This document shows, in pieces, positions 1 to 7,294 of a stretch of 64,000 bases of DNA. The stretch's first letter is position 1, and each line of letters begins with the position of its first letter. This stretch comes from Acutalibacteraceae bacterium (lineage in GTDB: Bacteria; Bacillota; Clostridia; Oscillospirales; Acutalibacteraceae): the NCBI GenBank assembly GCA_045644025.1, contig JAZRGE010000080.1:17691-81690 (forward strand). The letters run 5' to 3'. The notes under the pieces were generated by a model. The model searched no databases. It saw only the letters and a list, made by a program, of their open reading frames with translations, and was not told the DNA's origin. The position numbers and the translations under genes are program-made.

Positions 1-2
1 GC

Positions 3-227
3 ATTATATGCGATGGAGCCAAGGCCAGCTGTGCCGCCAAGATAGCTTCGGCCGTGGATGCAGGGCTTCTGGGGCTTTGTATGTATAAGAACGGCAACGA
101 ATTCTATTCGGGCGAAGGTCTTGTGGCCAAGGGTGTGGAAAACACCATTCGCAACATCGGCCGCTTGGCACGCAACGGAATGGCCGCCACCGATAAAGAG
201 ATCATCCGCATAATGCTTAAAAACTAA
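3..227 (+). CDS. C-terminal fragment of a UPF0597 / L-cysteine desulfidase-family (serine dehydratase alpha-like) protein; the 5' end lies outside the window
   Basis: Frame 3 is open from the window edge to TAA at 225-227. The translation ..IICDGAKASCAAKIASAVDAGLLG...IIRIMLKN carries the CDGAK-SCA-K motif I associate with this family. A strong hairpin terminator follows. Confidence 0.55.
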   Translation: MICDGAKASCAAKIASAVDAGLLGLCMYKNGNEFYSGEGLVAKGVENTIRNIGRLARNGMAATDKEIIRIMLKN

Positions 228-231
228 AACA

Positions 232-269
232 AAACGGACTATGGAAATCCATAGTCCGTTTATTTTATT
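232..269. terminator. Rho-independent terminator, hairpin copy A (bidirectional context)
   Basis: Perfect 13-bp stem AAACGGACTATGG (232-244) / CCATAGTCCGTTT (249-261) with loop AAAT. It is followed by TATTTTATT on the plus strand and by a T-rich run on the minus strand. Confidence 0.8.
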
Positions 270-298
270 CAGCGAGGGGTTTCATTGTTGGGAGACGT
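265..298 (-). pseudogene. Short relic resembling the 3' end of lysS
   Basis: The minus-strand reading gives RLPTMKPLAE-stop, against the authentic lysS end FPTMKPLD-stop. There is a 14-nt exact identity (275-288 = 1857-1870). The relic lies directly beside hairpin copy A. Confidence 0.35.
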
Positions 299-305
299 TA
301 AAAAC

Positions 306-445
306 GATTTTGAAAAAGTTTTATAAGTTCTTATAACACTTTATTTCTTGCCCTCACAAACCGACGAAACCAAGCAACTTCTCATATCTTCCTATAAGTT
401 CTTATAATTTGTCCCAAAACTCTGGTAAAATAGTGGTAAATTAAA
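306..445. repeat. Flank-repeat modules, copy A (GATTTTGAAAA, 10-bp-phased TTATA-core units, AAAACTCTGGTAA)
   Basis: TTATA cores at 321/331 and 382/392/402 are spaced exactly 10 bp. The same modules recur in shuffled order at 1783-1845. Confidence 0.6.
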
Positions 446-511
446 AAAGCAAATTTTTTCTGTCATATTTTATGCTCCTTTCAAATTTCCTCATATCTTT
501 TTTAAATAGTT

Positions 512-1621
512 TTAGTTGAAAAAATGTTGTGCAATTGCGATGGTTCCGTTCTTTTCAACAATGCTGACTGCTGTTAATGTGTACTTTGCATTCATAATCG
601 CAGCACGGTGTCCAGAAGAGTTCATCCATGCCTCGACTGCAAGTTCTGCCAATAGATTATCAGTTGGGTAATTTACACAACCAGCAAGATTTTCCGCAAC
701 ACTATCTGTAAGCACACCATTATCGTTATATACGGAGTGCCAACTCTTTCCATTGGGACGAGTGTGTCCATTCGGAGTAAGATGTTCTGTTGCTCTAATC
801 TTTACGAAATAATAAGCATCTTCATACCACTCTAACGGAGCAAGTCCAGCCTTTTCACGTTCAATATTAATTAGTCTCAAAATTTCCATCTCTGTGCTAC
901 TGAATTGGTGAGATGTTTTTTGAGTAGCGGCCGCCATAGTTCTTGCTCTTTTTTCAGCGGCGGTTTCAACTTTTACGATTTGCGGAATTACACTACCATA
1001 AGAAATGGTGGTCTTGCAATCTTTGCAATAGGTATCACCAGTATATCCATCTGCTTCGGTAGTTGCTGCTTTTTGATTTCTAATCTCTGTGTTTTTGTGA
1101 CCAGTTGCCTGAATACCTGTACCATAAGAAATTAACTCATTGCACTTTTTACAATAAGTGTCACCAGCATAACCCGTTTGTGTGCAAGTGGCATCCTTTT
1201 TGTTTACCAATTTTGTTTCAGTATGCTTACAGGTGGTTTCTGTAGGTTGAGTTGTCTCGGTCGGTTTGGTGGTTTCCTGAGGTTTAGTGGTTTCTTGAGG
1301 TTTAGATTCGCTATCGTTTGGTTTGGTGTTTTCGGTGGGTTTGGTTGCCTCTTCCTTAATCTTATCGCTTTCTTCTTTGGTTTGTACAATTTCACCAGTT
1401 TCTTGGTCTACAATGTCACCTGTGGTTTCATCAACGGTAAGTTTTTCATCGGTTACTTCTCCAGTGGTCGCATCGATAACTTCGCCAGTGGTTTCATCAA
1501 CATAGTACCCTTCGGTAGGATTGCCTCCATTGTTTTTGTTATTGTTATTACCATTGCCACAAGCGGACAAACAACAGATGCAAAGCACAAGTGTAATTGC
1601 AATTTTTAAAAATTTGAACAT
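512..1621 (-). CDS. Secreted lipoprotein with tandem-repeat linker, duplicated Cys motif and C-terminal CAP/SCP (YkwD-like) domain
   Basis: 369-aa ORF. The N-terminus MFKFLKIAITLVLCICCLSAC has a lipobox (LSAC). Repeats of ETTGE(V/I) and TTKP(Q/T)E follow. The motif GY(A/T)GDTYCK-C--(L/T)ISYG occurs twice. The C-terminal EMEILRLINIEREKAGL...GH(T)RPNG...AENLA...WMNSSGHRAAIMN resembles the CAP/SCP fold. A TTGACT-17-TATAAT promoter lies upstream. Confidence 0.75.
   Translation of the reverse strand: MFKFLKIAITLVLCICCLSACGNGNNNNKNNGGNPTEGYYVDETTGEVIDATTGEVTDEKLTVDETTGDIVDQETGEIVQTKEESDKIKEEATKPTENTKPNDSESKPQETTKPQETTKPTETTQPTETTCKHTETKLVNKKDATCTQTGYAGDTYCKKCNELISYGTGIQATGHKNTEIRNQKAATTEADGYTGDTYCKDCKTTISYGSVIPQIVKVETAAEKRARTMAAATQKTSHQFSSTEMEILRLINIEREKAGLAPLEWYEDAYYFVKIRATEHLTPNGHTRPNGKSWHSVYNDNGVLTDSVAENLAGCVNYPTDNLLAELAVEAWMNSSGHRAAIMNAKYTLTAVSIVEKNGTIAIAQHFFN
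1232..1495 (-). repeat. In-frame tandem peptide repeats inside the lipoprotein gene
   Basis: Amino acids 43-78 are (D)ETTGE(V/I)xD units and amino acids 92-130 are T/K/P/E/Q 6-aa units (KPQETT KPQETT KPTETT QPTETT). They appear on the plus strand as reiterated ggtttc-tgaggttt units. Confidence 0.7.
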
Positions 1622-1706
1622 AAATCGATTAACCTTCCTATCTGTGCCTAATTATAAGTTCAGGCCACATTAAATCACAATACATTGTAATACTATATCC
1701 TATTTT

Positions 1707-1735
1707 ATTATACAGTTATTGCAACAAACAGTCAA
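1707..1735 (-). promoter_or_regulatory. Sigma-A-type promoter of the lipoprotein gene
   Basis: Minus strand reads TTGACT (1735-1730), a 17-nt spacer, then TATAAT (1712-1707). Confidence 0.6.
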
Positions 1736-1745
1736 GAACAGCAAT

Positions 1746-1775
1746 AAACGGACTATGGAAAACCATAGTCCGTTT
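1746..1775 (-). terminator. Hairpin copy B; likely lysS terminator
   Basis: The same 13-bp stem as 232-261, with loop AAAA. It lies 75 nt downstream of the lysS stop, and the minus strand continues TTTATTGCTGTT. Confidence 0.65.
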
Positions 1776-1782
1776 ACTCTTT

Positions 1783-1845
1783 GTAAAACTGTGGTAAGAA
1801 GATTTTGGAAAGTTCTTATATCTTCTTATAAGTTCTTATATCGTC
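1783..1845. repeat. Flank-repeat modules, copy B, including three TTCTTATA units at exact 10-bp phasing
   Basis: TTCTTATA occurs at 1813-1820, 1823-1830 and 1833-1840. It is preceded by AAAACTGTGGTAA and GATTTTGGAAA, matching the modules at 306-445. Confidence 0.7.
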
Positions 1846-1849
1846 CCTT

Positions 1850-3352
1850 TTAGTCCAGGGGTTTCATTGTGGGGAAAAGGAGAACGTCGCGGATGGAGGC
1901 GGAATCGGTGAGAAGCATCACAAGGCGATCGATACCGAAGCCCAGGCCTCCTGTGGGGGGCAGGCCATACTCCAGGGCGGTGACGTAGTCGTAATCCACC
2001 TGAGCGTTGCAATTGGGCTCGGCTGCCTTCTTGGCGGCAACCTGCTTTTCAAAACGCTCGCGCTGATCGATAGGATCGTTCAGCTCGGAGAAGGCGTTGC
2101 CAAACTCGGTGGCGTTTATAAAATATTCGAAGCGCTCTGTGAAGGCGGGATCGCTCGGCTTGCGCTTTGCGAGGGGGCTGTTCTCCACAGGGTAATCATA
2201 AATAAAGGTGGGCTGGATAAGATTCTCTTCCACATAGGCATCGAAGAACTCAGCCAGCACGGTGCCCTTTGTGGCATCGGCAGGCACTTCCACATGCTTT
2301 TCCTTGGCGGCGGCACGGGCGTCTTCATCGGTCTTCCAATCATAATAATCGCAGCCCGAATATTTCTTAACAGCCTCCACCATAGTCATTCTCTCCCAAT
2401 GGCCCATATTGATTTCCTTGCCCTGGTAGGTGATGACCTTGCTGCCGCAGATCTTCTCGGCCAGCATTGTGTTCAGCTCTTCAACCAGATCCATCATGCC
2501 GTGATAATCGGTGAAGGCCTGATAAAGCTCGATGGTGGTGAACTCGGGATTGTGTTTGGTATCCATACCTTCGTTTCTGAAGATACGGCCCACTTCATAA
2601 ACTCTGTGCAGGCCGCCCACGATAAGTCTCTTAAGATAGAGCTCTGTTTCGATGCGGAGATACATATCCATATCCAGAGTGTTGTGGTGAGTCTTAAAAG
2701 GCCTTGCCGATGCACCGATCTCCAGGGGCACAAGGATGGGGGTATCCACTTCGAGGAAGCCCTTGGAATCGAGATAATTGCGGATCTCCTTAAGGATCAT
2801 AGATCTCTTGCGGAAAACATCGCGCACCTCGGGATTGATAATAAGATCAACCTCGCGCTGGCGATAGCGCATATCGGTATCCTTAAGGCCGTGGAACTTC
2901 TCGGGCAGCACCTGCAGGCTCTTGGAAAGCAGGGTGATGGAAGCGGCGTGTATGCTGATCTCACCTGTTTTGGTCTTAAACACCTCACCTGTGAGGCCAA
3001 CGATATCGCCGATATCAAACTTCTTGAAATCGGCATAGGGCTCTTCGCCAACGGAATCTCTGGCTACATAGATCTGGATTCCGCCTGCGGCATCCTGCAC
3101 GTTGCAGAAAGAAGCCTTGCCCATAATGCGCTTAGACATCATTCTGCCGGCAACGGCTACTGTTTTGCCCTCCAGCGCATCGAAATTCTCCTTAATATCG
3201 GCGCTGTAATCGGTCACATCATATTTAGTGAGCTTAAAAGGATCCTTTCCTGCTTCGCAAAGGGCGGCCAGCTTTTCGCGGCGAACCTTAAGCACTTCGT
3301 TGAGATCCAGCTCGGGAGCAACATTGTTCTGATTATTGTTCATATTCTTCAC
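1850..3352 (-). CDS. lysS: Lysine--tRNA ligase (class II)
   Basis: 500-aa ORF with the typical LysRS layout: an N-terminal OB-fold region ([19 protein letters not shown]) and class II motifs ([18 protein letters not shown]). Confidence 0.95.
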   Translation of the reverse strand: MKNMNNNQNNVAPELDLNEVLKVRREKLAALCEAGKDPFKLTKYDVTDYSADIKENFDALEGKTVAVAGRMMSKRIMGKASFCNVQDAAGGIQIYVARDSVGEEPYADFKKFDIGDIVGLTGEVFKTKTGEISIHAASITLLSKSLQVLPEKFHGLKDTDMRYRQREVDLIINPEVRDVFRKRSMILKEIRNYLDSKGFLEVDTPILVPLEIGASARPFKTHHNTLDMDMYLRIETELYLKRLIVGGLHRVYEVGRIFRNEGMDTKHNPEFTTIELYQAFTDYHGMMDLVEELNTMLAEKICGSKVITYQGKEINMGHWERMTMVEAVKKYSGCDYYDWKTDEDARAAAKEKHVEVPADATKGTVLAEFFDAYVEENLIQPTFIYDYPVENSPLAKRKPSDPAFTERFEYFINATEFGNAFSELNDPIDQRERFEKQVAAKKAAEPNCNAQVDYDYVTALEYGLPPTGGLGFGIDRLVMLLTDSASIRDVLLFPTMKPLD

Positions 3353-3366
3353 CTACAAAAGAGTAC

Positions 3367-3396
3367 TAAAAAAGGGCGGAAGCACCGCCCTTTTTC
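3367..3396 (-). terminator. Rho-independent terminator after greA
   Basis: GGGCGG (3374-3379) pairs with CCGCCC (3385-3390). The stem is flanked by an A-run and a T-run, and on the minus strand the hairpin is followed by TTTTTT. Confidence 0.8.
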
Positions 3397-3870
3397 TTAT
3401 TTCAGAATAGCAAGGACTTTGTACTGCATTTCACCTGCAGGGGTGTTTACAACGACCTTGTCTCCTGCCTTGTGGCCCATAATAGCGGCGCCAAGGGGAG
3501 ATTCATCGGAAATGAGACCCTTGCGGGGATTGGATTCGGCGGAGCCCACCAGGCGGTACTCAACCTCTTCTTTTTCTTTAACATCCAAAACGCGAACCTT
3601 AGAGCCCAGCATTATCTTATTGGCATCCACAGCGGATTCATCGATAATTACAACGTTGGCAAGAATGCCTTCAAGCTCGGCAATACGGGCTTCGATCTTG
3701 GCCTGCTCGTTTTTAGCTTCGTCGTATTCACTGTTTTCGGAAAGGTCGCCAAAAGCGCGAGCCTGTTTGATCTTTTCGGCAACATCTTTGCGGGAGATAT
3801 TTTTCAGGTTGTAAAGCTCTTGTTCAAGCTTTTTTAATCCTTCATCGGTAAGTTTGGTCTGTCCGGCCAT
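3397..3870 (-). CDS. greA: Transcription elongation factor GreA
   Basis: The ORF reads MAGQTKLTDEGLKKLEQELYNLK...SPLGAAIMGHKAGD. The start was moved to the ATG at 3870 because AGGAAG lies 8 nt upstream, giving a GreA-sized 157-aa protein. Confidence 0.9.
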   Translation of the reverse strand: MAGQTKLTDEGLKKLEQELYNLKNISRKDVAEKIKQARAFGDLSENSEYDEAKNEQAKIEARIAELEGILANVVIIDESAVDANKIMLGSKVRVLDVKEKEEVEYRLVGSAESNPRKGLISDESPLGAAIMGHKAGDKVVVNTPAGEMQYKVLAILK

Positions 3871-3908
3871 AGGAGATACTTCCTTTCTTATAGGCATAAT
3901 ACTAACTG

Positions 3909-3937
3909 ATTATATTAAAAATATTTGGCTGTGTCAA
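3909..3937 (-). promoter_or_regulatory. Consensus sigma-A promoter upstream of greA
   Basis: Minus strand reads TTGACA (3937-3932), a 17-nt spacer, then TATAAT (3914-3909). Confidence 0.7.
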
Positions 3938-3943
3938 GTTTTC

Positions 3944-4720
3944 TTATTTAAGATAAAGAAATTTCATAAAAATACTATCGGGAACAAGGGCTGCAAGCAC
4001 CCTGTAAAGCTTATAGATCAGCCTGGGTGTGTAGACACTTCTGCCCTTCTTAGCCATTTTCAGAGAGCGCCTGGTGGCCTTCCGAGGATTCACCCAGGGC
4101 AGTGCTGTGAGCAGATTCGAACGGTTGGCAATAGCCTCCACGGAAATACCCGCCACACCGAAAAACTCGGTATTCATAGGGCCGGGGCATATAGCCATAA
4201 CGTTCACGCCCTTCTTCTTAAGTTCGCGGCGCAGACCCTTGCTGAAGCTGAGCACGTAGGACTTGGTAGCGGCGTAAACGTTCATTCCCGCAATGGGCAT
4301 AAAGGCGGCAATGGATGCCACGTTCAGCACAAACGAGCCTTTTGCCATAAAGGGAATGCACATATTGCTGATGGCCGTAAGAGCACGGCAATTCACGTCT
4401 ACCATAGCAATTTGGCGAGTGAAATCAGTGGAATCGGTGTCTCCCATAATGCCGAAGCCGGAGCAATTTATAAGCAGGCCTATAGAAGGCTCTTTTTCCT
4501 TAAGAGTGGCCTCCAAAGCGGCAAGATTATCGGTGTTGGCCAGATCCATAGCCAGGATATTAAATTTCTTTTGGGGCAAAAGAGCGGCCAGCTCTTCCAT
4601 TCTTTCGCGCCTGCGGGCGATAAGCCAATATTCATCAATTTCGGGGAACATCTCGGCAGCAGCCTTCACGTATTCGGCGCCAAGGCCCGAAGAAGCGCCT
4701 GTGATAATTGCAATGCTCAT
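3944..4720 (-). CDS. SDR-family oxidoreductase
   Basis: MSIAIITGASSGLG is a TGxxxGxG motif and YAATK is the catalytic YxxxK. The start is set at 4720, behind AAGGAGAG. Confidence 0.85.
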   Translation of the reverse strand: MSIAIITGASSGLGAEYVKAAAEMFPEIDEYWLIARRRERMEELAALLPQKKFNILAMDLANTDNLAALEATLKEKEPSIGLLINCSGFGIMGDTDSTDFTRQIAMVDVNCRALTAISNMCIPFMAKGSFVLNVASIAAFMPIAGMNVYAATKSYVLSFSKGLRRELKKKGVNVMAICPGPMNTEFFGVAGISVEAIANRSNLLTALPWVNPRKATRRSLKMAKKGRSVYTPRLIYKLYRVLAALVPDSIFMKFLYLK

Positions 4721-4898
4721 ATTTTTTCTCTCCTTAGATTGGATGATATGATTATAGCAGATTTCAGAAGTTTTGCAAAGTTGAATTTTTTTAGAAAAAT
4801 GCTTAATTTCCACTTGAATATATTACCCGCGAGAGATATACTGTAAACATATATGTTTTTCAGCATTTTACGACAAAAAGAAGGAAGGTTTCGGTAAA

Positions 4899-6383
4899 AT
4901 GGGCAGAATCGGCTTTGACAACGAGAAATATCTGCAGTTGCAGACTCAAAGCATTATGGACAGAGTGGATAAGTTCGGCGGCAAGCTCTATATGGAGTTT
5001 GGCGGCAAACTTTTCGACGATTACCACGCCGCCCGTGTCCTTCCCGGTTTCCAGCCCGATAGTAAGGTCCGCATGCTTATGAAGCTTAAGGATCAAGCCG
5101 AAATTGTAATAGTTATCAGCGCAGGAGATATTGAAAAGAACAAGGTTCGCGGCGATCTCGGCATCACCTATGATCTGGACGTACTCCGCCTTATAGATGC
5201 CTTCCGCGGTATCGGCCTTTTTGTGGGAAGCGTGTGCATCACCCACTATAATTCCCAGCCCACCGTGGATGCCTTCCAGAAGAGATTGGAAAGCCTTGGT
5301 ATCAAGGTCTTCAGACACTACACTATCCCCGATTATCCTTCCAATATAAAGCTCATTCTGAGCGACAACGGCTTCGGCAAGAACGATTATATCGAAACTG
5401 AGCGTTCCTTGGTTGTTATCACCGCCCCCGGCCCCGGAAGCGGCAAGATGGCCACCTGCCTTTCCCAGCTCTATCACGATCATCAGAAAGGCGCCAAGGC
5501 CGGCTACGCCAAATTTGAAACTTTCCCCATTTGGAATATTCCCCTTAAGCATCCTGTGAACCTGGCCTACGAAGCCGCCACAGCCGATCTTAACGACGTG
5601 AATATGATCGATCCGTATCACCTTGAGGCTTATGGTGAAACCACTGTGAACTACAATCGCGATATCGAGATCTTCCCCGTGCTCAACAGCATGATGCAGC
5701 AGATAATGGGAGAAAGCCCCTACAAGAGCCCCACCGATATGGGTGTGAATATGGCAGGCTTCTGCATTACCGACGACACCGCCGTTTGCGATGCATCCAA
5801 GCAGGAGATCATCCGCAGATTTTATAACACCAGCTGCTCTGCAAGGCGCGGTATGTCGGAAACCAGCGAGATTTATAAGCTTGAGCTGCTTATGAATATG
5901 CTGCGCATTTCTCCTGCCGATAGGCCTTGTGTGGAATGTGCTCTGGAAAAAGCCGAGGAAACAGGTGCACCTGCTGTGGCTATCCAGCTGCCCAACGGCG
6001 ATATGGCCACGGGAAAGACAAGTTCTCTCCTGGGCGCCTCGGCCGCAGCACTGCTTAACGCACTTAAGGCTCTGGGCGGTATTCACCACGATATCCCCCT
6101 TATTTCCCCCACGGTAATCGAGCCCATCCAGGCTCTTAAGATTCAGCACATGGGCAATCACAATCCCCGCCTGCACACCGATGAGGTGCTTATTGCTCTT
6201 GCGGTTTCGGCGGCCACCAATCCCACCGCCGCTTTGGCAATGGAGCAGCTTCACAAGCTGCGCGGTTGCGAGGTGCATTCCACTGTAATGCTCTCCAGAG
6301 TGGATGAAAACGTCTTCCACAAGCTGGGAGTAAATCTCACCTGCGAGCCCCGCTACCAAACAAAAAAACTCTATCACGCATAA
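4899..6383 (+). CDS. DUF1846 / UPF0371-family protein
   Basis: 494-aa ORF beginning MGRIGFDNEKYLQLQTQSIMDRV..LYMEFGGKLFDDYHAARVLPGF. The N-terminus and the length are characteristic of UPF0371. Confidence 0.75.
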   Translation: MGRIGFDNEKYLQLQTQSIMDRVDKFGGKLYMEFGGKLFDDYHAARVLPGFQPDSKVRMLMKLKDQAEIVIVISAGDIEKNKVRGDLGITYDLDVLRLIDAFRGIGLFVGSVCITHYNSQPTVDAFQKRLESLGIKVFRHYTIPDYPSNIKLILSDNGFGKNDYIETERSLVVITAPGPGSGKMATCLSQLYHDHQKGAKAGYAKFETFPIWNIPLKHPVNLAYEAATADLNDVNMIDPYHLEAYGETTVNYNRDIEIFPVLNSMMQQIMGESPYKSPTDMGVNMAGFCITDDTAVCDASKQEIIRRFYNTSCSARRGMSETSEIYKLELLMNMLRISPADRPCVECALEKAEETGAPAVAIQLPNGDMATGKTSSLLGASAAALLNALKALGGIHHDIPLISPTVIEPIQALKIQHMGNHNPRLHTDEVLIALAVSAATNPTAALAMEQLHKLRGCEVHSTVMLSRVDENVFHKLGVNLTCEPRYQTKKLYHA

Positions 6384-6394
6384 TTCAAAAAGAT

Positions 6395-6428
6395 ACACCC
6401 GATGCAAAGCGCATCGGGTGTTTTTTAT
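6395..6428. terminator. Rho-independent terminator between convergent genes
   Basis: ACACCCGATGC (6395-6405) pairs with GCATCGGGTGT (6411-6421), followed by TTTTTTATTTT. Confidence 0.8.
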
Positions 6429-7180
6429 TTTATCTGCCTATAATATTCTCCCGGCGGAACACCTATTTCCTTTTTGAATATCCGTGTGAAATATCTTTCG
6501 TCGGAATATCCGCAAAAATAGGCTATCTGTGCAAAGGTATACTTGTTGTGCCTTTTATTGCCGATTAATTTTTTTGCGTGGTTCATTCGTATAGACGTAA
6601 GGTACCTGCAAGGATTTATGCCCATATCAGCAGTAAATTTGCGGCGCAGATAGCTCACAGAGCGGGATATCCCGGCCATTTCTCCGCCTAAATCAAAGCA
6701 CGGATCGGAAAAACCTTGTTGAATCACAGCACAAAGTTTTTGCACGTCTTCATCTATTTCCCCTTCGCATTTAAGACTGAAGATCAGCTCAAAAATAAAC
6801 TCGCTCAATATATCCTGCACCTTTTTATAAGATGCATCACTATCGGGGCGTTTGAAGATTTCATATATATTCTCAAAATAGGGCCTAATGCTTCGATTAT
6901 CGTTATCCTTTATAATAAAAGGGGCGGTAATATTAGGGGGCAGCGGATGATCGGCAATAAGATATATCACACCGCAATCAGGCCCACCCGGCCCGGTGTG
7001 CTCTACTCCGGCGGGGACAAAAAGAATATCTCCTTCGGCTATATCATATTCATTTGCTCCGAATCTCACCTTGCCCACACCTGTGGATATATAAAGCATT
7101 TCATGGCTTAAATGGCTGTGGCAGATAAAATCTCCGCCCATTCTGCGCCAGCCTACTCGTTTCACCTTCATATGCATCAC
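6425..7180 (-). CDS. AraC-family transcriptional regulator (cupin + HTH)
   Basis: An N-terminal cupin region (GDILFVPAGVEHTG) is followed by a C-terminal AraC HTH (YFTRIFKKEIGVPPGEYYRQ). The start is uncertain, lying between 7171 and 7180. Confidence 0.85.
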   Translation of the reverse strand: MMHMKVKRVGWRRMGGDFICHSHLSHEMLYISTGVGKVRFGANEYDIAEGDILFVPAGVEHTGPGGPDCGVIYLIADHPLPPNITAPFIIKDNDNRSIRPYFENIYEIFKRPDSDASYKKVQDILSEFIFELIFSLKCEGEIDEDVQKLCAVIQQGFSDPCFDLGGEMAGISRSVSYLRRKFTADMGINPCRYLTSIRMNHAKKLIGNKRHNKYTFAQIAYFCGYSDERYFTRIFKKEIGVPPGEYYRQIK

Positions 7181-7294
7181 CCATTAAATTTTATCATTAT
7201 TGGTTCGAAAAGTCCACAATATAATATATTTTTTCCATTGTATCGGCATTTTAGGGGTATATAATATAGTCATAAAATACAGGAGGCAAAATTT

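Noticed and set aside
392-466. A 24-aa minus-strand mini-ORF (MTEKICFFNLPLFYQSFGTNYKNL) with a strong AAAGGAG RBS, 45 nt downstream of the lipoprotein gene.
   Set aside because: It is too short and featureless to support from sequence alone. Its 3' half is made of the TTATA-core flank repeats, so the open frame may be incidental. It is worth a look only if ribosome-profiling data exist.
1813-1840. The regularly spaced TTCTTATA repeats, considered as a miniature CRISPR-like or iteron array.
   Set aside because: The units are 8 bp with 2-bp spacers and there are only three copies. There are no cas or rep genes. It is not a CRISPR array. It is kept only as a phased-repeat observation in the findings.
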